64,000 nt of DNA from Flavobacteriales bacterium. Lineage in GTDB: Bacteria > Bacteroidota > Bacteroidia > CAIKAF01. Location: contig JBQVOK010000004.1 of assembly GCA_052437175.1 (NCBI GenBank), forward strand, positions 183,337 through 247,336, written 5' to 3'. Of the stretch, positions 39,864 to 49,727 are shown in pieces. The notes under the pieces are model-generated. The model was not told the origin of the DNA. It did no database searches and saw only the letters and a list, made by a program, of their open reading frames with translations. Made by a program: the position numbers and the translations under genes. Position 1 is the first letter of the stretch, and every line of letters starts with the position of its first letter.

Positions 39864-40214
39864 ATGAAACGTTTTTTAATTACAACCATACTTACCGCCC
39901 TGGTAGCTTTTGGCCTGGAATGGCTGCTGCCCTGGTGGATCATTGCCATTGTGCCTTTTGTATTCTGTGCCTTTGTACTTCCCAAACCGGGGCAGGCCTT
40001 CCTGTCGGGTTTCCTGGCCATTGGTCTTATGTGGGCGGGCACGGCCGCCTGGCGCATGAGCGAGGGTAGTCCCGAGTTCGTGGCGGCCCTTTCCGAAGTA
40101 ATTACGCTGCCTCCGCAGGCCTCCTGGTTCTTCCTGGTAACGGTTTTTGTGGGTGCACTTATCGGTGGACTAAGCGGACTAAGCGGTGCCCTGCTGGCCC
40201 GGATGCGCTCCTGA
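39864..40214 (+). CDS. Small membrane protein of unknown function
   Basis: 116 aa, three to four TM helices, placed 19 nt after the acylase. Confidence 0.55.
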   Translation: MKRFLITTILTALVAFGLEWLLPWWIIAIVPFVFCAFVLPKPGQAFLSGFLAIGLMWAGTAAWRMSEGSPEFVAALSEVITLPPQASWFFLVTVFVGALIGGLSGLSGALLARMRS

Positions 40215-40311
40215 CCTATTCGGTTTGGCCCGGGGCTGAATGATCTTTTGAGTATCATGATCCCGGCGGGCAGGGTTCCGGAAGCTGACACGGGGTAACG
40301 GCATAGTTCTC

Positions 40312-41085
40312 TTATTCTATGGTGTAGAAATAGTCGCGGGTAAAGGCCGGATTAAGCCGGTTGTAAAAGGCAATGATCAGGTTCAGCTTGTTCTGCAGGG
40401 CCGGGTAATGCGATACCGCATCCCAGAAACCGGGATTGGGCGCAAAAATATTCTCGGCAAAGGAGTTGAAGTCATTTTCCATGTCCGACTGGGCGTACTG
40501 GTACAGGAAACCGTGCTTCCAGTACAGGGAATCGAATACGGTGCCGGCACTCACGGACTGCAGGGCATATACGCCGCCTTTGCCGTACGGTGCGGTATTG
40601 TTGTGTACCCAGGCGCCGGTATCCAGGTCGGCCGGGAAATTGCGCAGCAGCACACTCGAAAATTCATGATGGAACACCTGTTCGATATAGCTGTCGGTAT
40701 AACCCAGCGATACGCCATTATTGGTCAGGTACACGGCATCCAGCGAATTGGTGCCCCCGAAGGGCTGCCCGTAGAAACGGATGGTTTTTAATACATACAC
40801 CTTTTTAATGTTTTGCTGCAGCACGGCTACGGGGTATTTGGCCATGGCCTTTTTTACGAGTTCGGCACTGCGGTCCCGTTCTTCGCGGTCGAGACTGCTG
40901 CATTCCGCTGCAATTTCGGGCGTTTGCCAGTAGGCCGGAAAGGTCTCCGCACTGCACTCAAAATAAATGGGGATGCCGCTGCGTTTGTCCAGCACTTTTT
41001 TAAATGCCTTACTTTCGTTATCCGTCTGTGCGGGCAGGTGAAACGGGATAAGGATGAAAAAGATGAAGAGGAGTTTTTTACTCAT
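40312..41085 (-). CDS. Hypothetical secreted protein
   Basis: 257 aa with a signal peptide (LLFIFFILIPFHLPAQ). It overlaps the upstream gene by 4 nt. No recognisable family. Confidence 0.6.
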   Translation of the reverse strand: MSKKLLFIFFILIPFHLPAQTDNESKAFKKVLDKRSGIPIYFECSAETFPAYWQTPEIAAECSSLDREERDRSAELVKKAMAKYPVAVLQQNIKKVYVLKTIRFYGQPFGGTNSLDAVYLTNNGVSLGYTDSYIEQVFHHEFSSVLLRNFPADLDTGAWVHNNTAPYGKGGVYALQSVSAGTVFDSLYWKHGFLYQYAQSDMENDFNSFAENIFAPNPGFWDAVSHYPALQNKLNLIIAFYNRLNPAFTRDYFYTIE

Positions 41086-41765
41086 AGATAAACGGATTTT
41101 ATACGTACGGAGCCCATCAGCTGCAACAGTACTTTACGTTGTGATATTCTGCCGTCGGGAGCTATAAAAGTGAGCGGGCCATAGGTTTCGGAAAGCAGGC
41201 TGTCCTGCGGATCGATCCAGACACCACAGCGGCCTTCGGTACCTTTCTTCGGGAAGACCAGTTTGCGGTACTGCCGGTACATGGTATCGGCGCGGAAACT
41301 ATAGTCGCGCATGTGTTCGGGCAGCTGAACCGGAACTTCGAACACGGTTTCGTTGTAGCGGCATACGGCGTTGTACTGCGGACGTCTGCAGTCGTTGTAA
41401 ACGGGGTAGTAGTCCAGCAGTTGTATATCCGGCCGCGGGCCGCCGCTGAACAGTCCCTTGCTGATGATGTGGTTCAGCGCATTGCCGTACCATTCGTTGG
41501 AGGCAAAAAATTCGGAAGGCGTTTCGGGCAGATCGCTTACATAGGGGCCGCAGCCGTAATAAATAACAAGACTGTCGTTGTACAGGCAACCGGCCTGTCC
41601 GTCGGAACCCCTGGCACGGGAATGGGAAAGCCCATCGGGAAGGCGGAATTCATAGATCCCGGCGCTTATGATCTGCTGTCTGGGCTGCGCAGGAGCCGAC
41701 CTGTGCTGGTAGCCCCAGAGTGCAATGATGAGGATAGCGGTGATTTTTTTTATAAAGATCAGCAT
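41082..41765 (-). CDS. Hypothetical secreted, Cys-containing protein
   Basis: 227 aa with an N-terminal hydrophobic segment (ITAILIIALWGY) and six or more Cys residues. No recognisable family. Confidence 0.55.
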   Translation of the reverse strand: MLIFIKKITAILIIALWGYQHRSAPAQPRQQIISAGIYEFRLPDGLSHSRARGSDGQAGCLYNDSLVIYYGCGPYVSDLPETPSEFFASNEWYGNALNHIISKGLFSGGPRPDIQLLDYYPVYNDCRRPQYNAVCRYNETVFEVPVQLPEHMRDYSFRADTMYRQYRKLVFPKKGTEGRCGVWIDPQDSLLSETYGPLTFIAPDGRISQRKVLLQLMGSVRIKSVYL

Positions 41766-41774
41766 AGGCGTGGT

Positions 41775-42362
41775 TTATTTCATATTCATCAATGTCCAGT
41801 TGTCCAGGATTCTTTTGAACTGTTCACCGGTGATCTGGCTGTAATGAACACGGCCTGAAGCTGCAGCAGAGGTTAGGTCTATATGGGTATAGCGGGTTTT
41901 ATGCTGGCGATAGTCATACTCGGTAACGAGCATCTGGTCCCCCTCCCTGAAAAAGTCCGTTTCCGTTTCGGGACCAAGCAGGTTATATGTAACGGATTTA
42001 CGTATATGAATGTTTCGTTTTTCTGGCCGGGAATACGGATATGTGTAAATTTTAAGGTAGCGGTCACCGTTATTTTCCTGCAGTGACCAGTTGTCTTCAA
42101 TAAGCGGTATCCCTTTCTGCAGGCGCTGTGCATTATAGTTACGGTCGTTTACGCAGAGCGGGAAAAGATCTTTCTGAAAAAAAGGACTGCCCAGTACAAA
42201 AAGCAGCAATAGCAATGCCGGTACACCCATACTGTGGATGCTGCGGGTAAAAGCCTTTTTGCCGGCTTTGTAATCGAACCAGTACGCAAGACCTATGGCT
42301 GCCAGCGGCAGCCCGAATAAAAGGGCAAGGCACAGGTATACCAGGAGCTTATCATTCATCAT
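41775..42362 (-). CDS. Hypothetical membrane protein
   Basis: 195 aa with two N-terminal TM helices. It lies 9 nt upstream of the next gene. Confidence 0.55.
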   Translation of the reverse strand: MMNDKLLVYLCLALLFGLPLAAIGLAYWFDYKAGKKAFTRSIHSMGVPALLLLLFVLGSPFFQKDLFPLCVNDRNYNAQRLQKGIPLIEDNWSLQENNGDRYLKIYTYPYSRPEKRNIHIRKSVTYNLLGPETETDFFREGDQMLVTEYDYRQHKTRYTHIDLTSAAASGRVHYSQITGEQFKRILDNWTLMNMK

Positions 42363-42436
42363 TTGGGGCGTAAAAAAAGGTCCGTCCCGTAAGGACGAAC
42401 CTAAAATACAAAAAATTACGCAAACTTTTCCGCTTT

Positions 42437-43180
42437 TCAGGCGAGGGTCTGCAAAAGTTCGGTACGTTCGTTGGTGGTGGTATCCAGTATCCCGATGCGT
42501 TTAAAGGAGATAAAGGAGCCCATGTCGTAATCCCCGTTGATAAAGATGGCCCCGGCCAGGATCACGTGTCTGCAGGTGAACTTGGTACCGGCCACCAGTT
42601 CTTCGATCTTCTGGTCGATGGCGTCGTACATGATACCGGTAGCCTCCAGCACAGGATTTTCGGCGGTAATGATGCGGTTCTCGTGCTGGTACAGGATCTG
42701 TTCAATGATGTTCATCTGGTGGTCGGAGAGCGAGCGTTTGCCCGGCTCTATACGCCGCGCCCGCAGTTTGGCTATGGCCGCATGTACGGGATAACTGCAG
42801 GGCGAATAACTGATCTGTCCCGAACGCAGTACGGCCCCGATATTGGCATCTTTGGTAACCCCGGTATTGGGCGCATACAGGATGCAGGCCGCCCCGTCTT
42901 CGGGTACGTGCTGTGCAAACATCTGCATGCCGGTTTTGCCCGCAAAGGGATACCCGCACAAACCGCCCATCCGGAAAGGCCCCAGCATCTGCAGGGCATT
43001 GGCAGGATATTGTACGGAGTTTATTTCGTCGGAACCTATACTATCAGCATATACCAGCTGGGCAGGTTTGTAACCCGCATGATCGGATATCATCTGCAGC
43101 AGCATGGTTATGGCATCTTCACTTGCGAGCGCATCAGGATAAAATCGTCTAACCGTTTCTAAATGCTTTTTATTACTCAT
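42437..43180 (-). CDS. Hypothetical cytoplasmic protein
   Basis: 247 aa with no signal peptide. It lies 74 nt upstream of the three-gene unknown cluster. I could not assign a family. Confidence 0.55.
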   Translation of the reverse strand: MSNKKHLETVRRFYPDALASEDAITMLLQMISDHAGYKPAQLVYADSIGSDEINSVQYPANALQMLGPFRMGGLCGYPFAGKTGMQMFAQHVPEDGAACILYAPNTGVTKDANIGAVLRSGQISYSPCSYPVHAAIAKLRARRIEPGKRSLSDHQMNIIEQILYQHENRIITAENPVLEATGIMYDAIDQKIEELVAGTKFTCRHVILAGAIFINGDYDMGSFISFKRIGILDTTTNERTELLQTLA

Positions 43181-43314
43181 GATTACTGTTATTTACAAAA
43201 CTCGGAGCGGGTATGATGGCAGGGTTTTGTAATAGCAGGCCTGTGTCATGAATAAGGTATGCGCATTACCTCTATCCGTATTATACTGAAATTGGCTGCG
43301 CCGGGTTACATTTT

Positions 43315-44316
43315 CTACATTAAAATATTGTTTACAGGCGTTATCGGTTTGGGTAAATCGCTCTCATTCAGCATTTCGCGCAGGTCTATTTCGATGCTGC
43401 GGCTCAGGGCGGTGATGGGTACGTCGTTCGGACCGCCTTCGAAAGGGTTCTCCGTACTTTCGCCCACCTGTTCCATAGAGGTAAAGATCCAGGAAACCAG
43501 CACGCTGAACGGGATGGTGAACCATACGCAGTAATCGCCGATCTTGTTGAACTCGTTCAGCATACCGAAAGGCAGAATGCATACGAATATCCAGATAAAG
43601 AACAGGTTAATGCTGGCGAACTGGCGCGGGTAGGGGAAGTTCTTGATGCGTTCGGACCTGCCCTGTTGTTCGTAGAGGTCGGCCAGGCGGCGTTCCAGCT
43701 CTACAAAACGGTAGTTTTCCAGGCTTCCGTTCCGGTTCAGGAGGCGCAGTTGTTCCGACTGGATGGCAATGATCTGCGTGGCAGGATTGGCCCTGTGCTG
43801 TACCTGTGCAAACTCGGCTTCCGAAAGGTAAGGCCGCACGGCTTCTGCAAAGGGCATCTGCTGTTCGGGTACTTTAAAATGGCGGTGGTATTCTACGTTG
43901 TAGGATTTGTTCTGGTTTTCCCAGGAACGCGGGCTGCGCAGCTGGTAACGCAGGGCCGTAAGCCAGGCTATATGCCGGTATACCAGGGTTCTGTGTACTT
44001 CGGCGTCGGCAGTGGCATCGCCGCTCTGGATAAAATCGCGCACCATAATGCCCCAGCTTCTGCTGCTGTTTACTACGGCTCCCCATATCTGCCGGGCCTC
44101 CCAGAGGCGGTTGTAGGTCTGGGTGTTTTTAAAGCCCACGATAAAAGCGGCACCCGTACCTACCAGGGCTACCGGAACCCAGGGTATGCCCAGCCAGTGC
44201 CAGCCGAAAACGGCAAAAAGTACGGTGGGAATGGTGGAAATAAGTACGAGGATAAAAATGTTGACCTTGGTCCAGACAAGGAATTCTTTCAGTTTATAAT
44301 GGCTTCCGGTATGCAT
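43315..44316 (-). CDS. Bestrophin-family (UPF0187) anion channel homologue
   Basis: ORF 43315..44397. I prefer the start at the Met of MHTGSHYKLKEF (44316), which removes the overlap with the upstream NhaP. It has TM helices at the N-terminus and in the last third, a bestrophin-like layout. The family call rests on pattern recall. Confidence 0.5.
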   Translation of the reverse strand: MHTGSHYKLKEFLVWTKVNIFILVLISTIPTVLFAVFGWHWLGIPWVPVALVGTGAAFIVGFKNTQTYNRLWEARQIWGAVVNSSRSWGIMVRDFIQSGDATADAEVHRTLVYRHIAWLTALRYQLRSPRSWENQNKSYNVEYHRHFKVPEQQMPFAEAVRPYLSEAEFAQVQHRANPATQIIAIQSEQLRLLNRNGSLENYRFVELERRLADLYEQQGRSERIKNFPYPRQFASINLFFIWIFVCILPFGMLNEFNKIGDYCVWFTIPFSVLVSWIFTSMEQVGESTENPFEGGPNDVPITALSRSIEIDLREMLNESDLPKPITPVNNILM

Positions 44317-44329
44317 ATTCCGTAACGGT

Positions 44330-45931
44330 TTAGAGTGTAAGACGGGCTTCGTCGAGGTCGAGCTGGTTTTCCTGCTTGCGTACCACTTCGTGTTCAAAAA
44401 TGCGTTCGTGGTGAATTTTGGCCAGTTCGCTGCGCTGTGCCTGTATCAGGTCCAGCAGTACCCGGTTGTATTGCTCGATCCCGGCCTTTTCCATGGTATC
44501 GCATTCCAGCGATTCCAGGCGCTGGTGGGTAAGACTGATGTCGTTCTCGAGGCGTTTTTTCAGGTTCTCTACCAGTTCGTTGGCCGAAATATGCGGGGCG
44601 TGTGCCTGGTTAAGCCGTTCCAGGGCCGAACGCATGAGGCGCAGGCGTATGGCGGCTTCCTGTTCTTCTACGGGGATCAGGTCGTCGATCTCGCGTATAT
44701 GAGCCCAGCGGATAATGAAGGGCAGGCTCAGGCCCTGTACCACCAGGGTTACCAGGATCACCACAAAGGTGATGAACAGGATGAGATTGCGCTGTGGAAA
44801 ATGCTGGCCGTTATCCAGCAGCATGGGCACCGAAAGTGCCGAAGCCAGCGATACCACTCCGCGCATACCCGCCCAGCTGATGAGCAGGGGCCCCTGCCAG
44901 CCCGGACTGGGTTCCTTGGCCCGGATCGATTTGCTGAGCCAGCGGGGTACAAAGGCCGCCGGGTATACCCAGATAAAACGGATAAGAATGGTAATAGCGC
45001 TGATAATAAGTCCGTAACGTATGCCCTCGCTGATGGAGTACCCGTTGAGACCTTCTACAATAATAGGCAGTTCGAGCCCGATAAGAATGAAAATAATGCC
45101 GTTGAGGATAAAAATAACGGTAGACCATACGCTTACCGTCTGCAGGCGCGACTGGTGATTGAAAATGACATTGCTGCGGTACGAAAGAAAGAGTCCGCCG
45201 CTTACCACAGCCATTACCCCGGAAAAGTGGAACTGCTCTGCCCCGATGTACATAATGTAGGGGGCCATAAAGGTAAGTGCCGTATCGATGTTTGACGTAG
45301 TAGGAAAGTAGCGGTGGATCACATAAAAGACCATGGCCACGGCCAGTCCGCACACAATACCCATGCCGGCCACGATAAAGAAATCGGAAACGGCCTCCCG
45401 CAGGGTGAAATGCCCGGTGAGTACGGCTGCCAGTGCAAAGCGGAACACAATGAGGCTGGACGCGTCGTTGATGAGGCTTTCGCCTTCGAGGATGGTCACC
45501 ACACGTTTGGGAATCTTGATGCCTTTGAGCACCGAGGTGGCCGCCACGGCATCGGGGGGCGAAATGATGCCGCCCAGCAGGAAACCCATGGCCAGGGTAA
45601 ACCCGGGGATCATCTGGCTGGAGACCAGGGCTACTATGCAGGAGGTAAAGATCACCAGCCCGAAGGCCAGCAGCCCGATGGGGCGTTTCCATTTCCAGAA
45701 ATCGTTCCATGAGGTGTACCAGGCCGCTTCATAGAGAATGGGCGGCAGAAAGATGATAAAGACCAGCTCCGGGTCCAGTTCAATATGCGGAATGCCCGGT
45801 ATCAGGCTGATGATAAGGCCTCCCAGTACCAGGAATATCGGGTAGGATATACGTAGTTTCTGCCCCAGCATCACCAGCATGGAAACAGCAAAGAGAAGCG
45901 AAATGATGAGAAGTATCGTATGGTGAAGCAT
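44330..45931 (-). CDS. Na+/H+ (cation/proton) antiporter, CPA1/NhaP type
   Basis: 533 aa with 10-12 TM helices followed by a ~130-aa cytoplasmic tail. The N-terminus resembles NhaP/CPA1 (…FLVLGGLIISLIP…PPILYEAAWYTSW…). Confidence 0.85.
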   Translation of the reverse strand: MLHHTILLIISLLFAVSMLVMLGQKLRISYPIFLVLGGLIISLIPGIPHIELDPELVFIIFLPPILYEAAWYTSWNDFWKWKRPIGLLAFGLVIFTSCIVALVSSQMIPGFTLAMGFLLGGIISPPDAVAATSVLKGIKIPKRVVTILEGESLINDASSLIVFRFALAAVLTGHFTLREAVSDFFIVAGMGIVCGLAVAMVFYVIHRYFPTTSNIDTALTFMAPYIMYIGAEQFHFSGVMAVVSGGLFLSYRSNVIFNHQSRLQTVSVWSTVIFILNGIIFILIGLELPIIVEGLNGYSISEGIRYGLIISAITILIRFIWVYPAAFVPRWLSKSIRAKEPSPGWQGPLLISWAGMRGVVSLASALSVPMLLDNGQHFPQRNLILFITFVVILVTLVVQGLSLPFIIRWAHIREIDDLIPVEEQEAAIRLRLMRSALERLNQAHAPHISANELVENLKKRLENDISLTHQRLESLECDTMEKAGIEQYNRVLLDLIQAQRSELAKIHHERIFEHEVVRKQENQLDLDEARLTL

Positions 45932-45973
45932 GCCGAAAGATAAGGGAAAACCGTAAGACTGGAAAAGGCTGTT

Positions 45974-46585
45974 CTATAACGGGGCCACGGTGTTGCGCGT
46001 AAGCTTCAGGTCGCGGATATACCCGTCCTCGAGGCTGTACACCCAGCCGTGAATATAGGGATATTCACCTTTTTCCCATTCGTCCTGGATAAAGGAGACC
46101 ATCGACAGGTTCTTTACCTGTTCCTGTACGTTCAGCTCCACATAGCGGTCAGATTTTTTCTGCGGGTCGCTGATCAGCTCCAGCTCCTCCTTATGCAGCA
46201 TGCCCACATTGCGTATATGCGAGAGCCAGTTGTTCAGGAAACCATAGTTGTCGCCGGTTATCGCCGCGTTCACACCTCCGCAGCCGTAGTGGCCGCATAC
46301 GATAATGTGTTTTATTTTCAGGTGTTTAACGGCGAAATACACCACGCTCAGCATGTTCATATCGGTATGCACCACCATATTGGCAATATTACGGTGTACA
46401 AAAATAGAACCCGGCAGGTGATTGGTTACTTCGGTGGCGGGTACGCGGCTGTCGGAACAACCGATCCACAGGAACTGCGGGTTTTGTCCTTTCGACAGCT
46501 GATCAAAAAAGTCGGGAATGGTCTCATTCATTTTTTTCACCCATTCCTTGTTTCCTTCCAGGAGTTTTTTTATCAATTCGGCCAT
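45974..46585 (-). CDS. Beta-class carbonic anhydrase
   Basis: 203 aa with zinc ligands in CSDSR…HxxCGG context (WIGCSDSRVPATEV … IIVCGHYGCGGVNAA). Confidence 0.9.
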   Translation of the reverse strand: MAELIKKLLEGNKEWVKKMNETIPDFFDQLSKGQNPQFLWIGCSDSRVPATEVTNHLPGSIFVHRNIANMVVHTDMNMLSVVYFAVKHLKIKHIIVCGHYGCGGVNAAITGDNYGFLNNWLSHIRNVGMLHKEELELISDPQKKSDRYVELNVQEQVKNLSMVSFIQDEWEKGEYPYIHGWVYSLEDGYIRDLKLTRNTVAPL

Positions 46586-46683
46586 TGTTTTTTTTTGGCA
46601 ATATAGGAATTCGGTTTACGTCACCGGGCATATACCCGAAAAATTCAGGGGCAGGGAACGGCACTGCACCGGTGTACAGGCTT

Positions 46684-48006
46684 TTAGGGAGTGTGGCCGG
46701 GCATGCCTTTTTTACGGTTGAAGAGCAGGATAAACAGCAGGGTACTCAACCCGGTAAGCAAAGGGTAATAGAGTACGGCAATAAGTTCAGAGGCCGGTAC
46801 GGCAAACCCGGCCAGCGTGAGCGCCGTAAGCACCTGTGCCCCGTAGGGAAGCAGGCCCTGTACCGAACAGGTTATGGTATCCAGTATACTGGCGCTTTTG
46901 CGCAGATCGACATTGTTTTTAACGGCGATCTCGCGGGCTACGGGCCCGGTGATCAGTATGGCGATGGTATTATTGGCCAGGCAGGCATTTACGCCCGCCG
47001 CCAGTGCCGCAATACCCAGGGAGGCCCTGCGTGGCGAACCGCTGTGCCGGTCCAGGCGCTGCAGCAAGAACTGTATGCCGCCGTGGTAGCTGATCAGGCC
47101 TGTTATTCCGCCGATGAGTATACAAATAACGCACAGCTCATACATACCCGCCATACCCGTATTTACCGAAGCCATACCCTGCAGCAGCAACAGGCTGCCC
47201 CGGTACATACCCAGGGCCAGGCTTAGCAGAATACCGCATACTAAGGTCCACAGTACGTTAAGGCCGCAGAGGGCCAGCACAAAAATGACTGCGTAGGGCA
47301 GCATGGTAAGCAGGTCGTAAACTCCGGCTGCCGGAAGTTCCTGCCTTTGTGTACCGTAAAATATGTACAGGGCGATCGTAAGGAGCGCGGCGGGCAGTAC
47401 CACCATAACGTTGAGACGGAACTTATCGCGCATGTTCACGCCCTGCGTACGTGTGGCGGCAATGGTGGTATCAGAAATGAAAGAGAGATTATCGCCGAAC
47501 ATGGCCCCGCCGATCACCGCAGCCAGGGCGGGAGCCAGGCTGTCTGGCACGCTCTGGCTCAAGCCAGCGGCAATAGGTGTAACTGCGGCAATGGTGCCCA
47601 CCGAGGTGCCCAGAGAAAGCGAAATAAAGGCCGCAATGACAAAAAGTCCGGCCACGAAGGTCCCCGGCGACAGGTAGTGCAGGGCGAACTGTACCACAGA
47701 ATCAACGGCGCCGATGTCTTTGCTCAGTTGCCCGAAAGCCCCGGCCAGTATAAAAATAAGGCACATAAGCATAAGATCGCTGTGACCGGCTCCCCGGCAG
47801 AATTCCTGCAGACGCAGGGCAAAAGGCACCGAAGGGAACTGAAGTAAACCGATGACGGCGGTCAGCAGAAAGACCACCGGCACCGGTAGTTGATAAAAGT
47901 CGCCGAAGGCAATGCCGGCGCCCAGGTAGATGAGAACAAAGAGCAGCAGCGGCAGCAGGGCCAGCGGGTTGCCTTTTTCGGAGCGGAGTGTGCTTTCAGA
48001 GCTCAT
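46684..48006 (-). CDS. NhaC-family Na+/H+ antiporter
   Basis: 440 aa with about 12 TM helices. Confidence 0.6.
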   Translation of the reverse strand: MSSESTLRSEKGNPLALLPLLLFVLIYLGAGIAFGDFYQLPVPVVFLLTAVIGLLQFPSVPFALRLQEFCRGAGHSDLMLMCLIFILAGAFGQLSKDIGAVDSVVQFALHYLSPGTFVAGLFVIAAFISLSLGTSVGTIAAVTPIAAGLSQSVPDSLAPALAAVIGGAMFGDNLSFISDTTIAATRTQGVNMRDKFRLNVMVVLPAALLTIALYIFYGTQRQELPAAGVYDLLTMLPYAVIFVLALCGLNVLWTLVCGILLSLALGMYRGSLLLLQGMASVNTGMAGMYELCVICILIGGITGLISYHGGIQFLLQRLDRHSGSPRRASLGIAALAAGVNACLANNTIAILITGPVAREIAVKNNVDLRKSASILDTITCSVQGLLPYGAQVLTALTLAGFAVPASELIAVLYYPLLTGLSTLLFILLFNRKKGMPGHTP

Positions 48007-48014
48007 GCAGCGCT

Positions 48015-49085
48015 TTAGCGATGGAAACGCAGGGGGATAAGTGAATACGCGATCATGCCCTGCACCTGGCGACGGACGCGACGCAGACGCACTTTGTTCC
48101 GGGGCCCGATGCGGTAACGCCGCACATTGGTAAGCAGTACGCCGGCCAGGATCACGCTGAGCCCGTAAAACTGGCTGCCGCTGATGGTCTCGTCCAGGAA
48201 GAGCCAGCCCGCGATCACGGCCACCACCGGGTTAATATAGGTGTGTGTGCTTACGATGGCCGGTGTACGCACACTCAGCAGCCATATATAGGACAGGTAG
48301 GCAATAATGGAGCCGAAGAACACCAGGAAACCCAGTCCGGCCCAGGCGCTTAGTGGTACCCGTGCCGCTGAGAAACTATTCCATTCACCGCGGAACGCAG
48401 CAATGAGCATACTGGCCACACCGGCCATCAGCAACTGCTGGGAGCTGTTCATAACCGTTGAGCCTTTGGCCGGGTAATTGCGGGAGAAGATAGAACCGAT
48501 CACCCAGGAAACGGAACTCAGCGCCAGTACAATGAAGGCTATGGCACGCTGACTGCCTTCGCCGTGCGTATGGCCGCTCACACTGTCTTTGAGAAAGAGC
48601 CAGAGCCCGATGAACCCGATCACCAGCCCCATGATGATAAAGGGATCGGCAAAATAATGTTTCCAGTTCTTGCGGTCGATGGCAATGAACCAGAAGGGGC
48701 CGGTGGCAATGGCAATGGCGGCTTCGGTAGAGCTCACGTATTGTTCGCCCCAGGCCACCAGTCCGGTACCGCCGGTAAGGATGAGTATGCCGGTAAGGGC
48801 ATTACGGCCCCAGTCGCGAAGGCTCAGACGGCGTTCCCCGCTGCCGTATTTCCAGGCAAAAAGCAGCAGGCCGGCCGCCAGGAAGCGGAACCCTGAAAGA
48901 ATAAAAGGCGGGAACCCTTTAAGGCCGTACATTACCGCCAGGAAGGTAGAGCCCCATATAATAAAAATGCTGGCGAAGGCAAGCGGTATCGCTCTCTTCT
49001 GTATTGTATTCTGTAACATAGATATCGTTTTATTTGAATGAAAAAAGTCCCGCGGTACAGTAGCACGGCGGGACTCTTTAACCAA
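48015..49085 (-). CDS. EamA/DMT-family transporter
   Basis: Two EamA repeats with 10 TM helices. The true start may be the internal Met (MLQNTIQKRAIP…) at ~49019. Confidence 0.8.
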   Translation of the reverse strand: MVKESRRATVPRDFFHSNKTISMLQNTIQKRAIPLAFASIFIIWGSTFLAVMYGLKGFPPFILSGFRFLAAGLLLFAWKYGSGERRLSLRDWGRNALTGILILTGGTGLVAWGEQYVSSTEAAIAIATGPFWFIAIDRKNWKHYFADPFIIMGLVIGFIGLWLFLKDSVSGHTHGEGSQRAIAFIVLALSSVSWVIGSIFSRNYPAKGSTVMNSSQQLLMAGVASMLIAAFRGEWNSFSAARVPLSAWAGLGFLVFFGSIIAYLSYIWLLSVRTPAIVSTHTYINPVVAVIAGWLFLDETISGSQFYGLSVILAGVLLTNVRRYRIGPRNKVRLRRVRRQVQGMIAYSLIPLRFHR

Positions 49086-49647
49086 TTAAAGAAAAAGTAT
49101 TATAAGCCGTGCTTCGTATATATGTGCATTCGCCAACATTTCATATTGTTGTCGTTTGCCCGCAGGTTCGGTCGGATCGTGTTGCCGTGGATCATCGCTT
49201 TCATGTCTGTTACTTTCTGTTTATGTCAAAAAAAAAAACGCCCCGGAATTACCCGGAGCGTTTCTATATAAAGTACGTATCTGACGAATTTATACAGGTT
49301 TTATCCGGTAACGTGCACACATACACATACGTGACCACATCTTCGGGGAAGCAGGCATGCACGGAGCGTTATGTGTTAATGTTGTTTTCACCGGGAACGG
49401 TTGTTTTTCTGTTTCGGGGGCAAAAGTATATTAAATTATTTATCCTACCAAACAAGTAGGATAAGTAAAATGCATATTTTACATAAAATTTACCGAAGAG
49501 GCCCCTGAAAACTTTCCGGGTGAAATTACCTGTATTTGGGGTATACAATGGCAGGGTTTTAAGTTTACAATTGTGTTTAACTATTTGTTTATCAATAAAT
49601 TGATATTGTATTTTTTTTCGTATATAAAAGAAGGCCATCTAAACTTA

Positions 49648-49684
49648 ATTTGCAGGAGTCCTTTTTAGTCGCTTATATTTGTTC
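49648..49684 (+). promoter_or_regulatory. Candidate Bacteroidetes sigma-A promoter for the tail-collar gene array
   Basis: -33 TTG at 49650-49652 and -7 TATATTTG at 49674-49681 with a 21-nt spacer, about 45 nt upstream of the ATG at 49728. Confidence 0.5.
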
Positions 49685-49727
49685 ACCATTAAAGAATCTA
49701 AATCGTTTAACCATTTAACCTGAGCCT

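Noticed and set aside
44390-45734. Plus-strand ORFs 44390..45295, 45314..45712, 45333..45734 and the minus-strand ORF 44811..45710
   Set aside because: They overlap or are antisense to the NhaP antiporter, which has a clear polytopic TM profile. These are Arg/Gly/His-rich composition artefacts.
49369-49638. 89-aa minus-strand ORF in the AT-rich leader
   Set aside because: Lys/Phe/Tyr-rich as expected from AT-rich DNA, with no TM or motif. The region is better explained as regulatory DNA. The nearby terminator-like hairpin is recorded as a finding instead.
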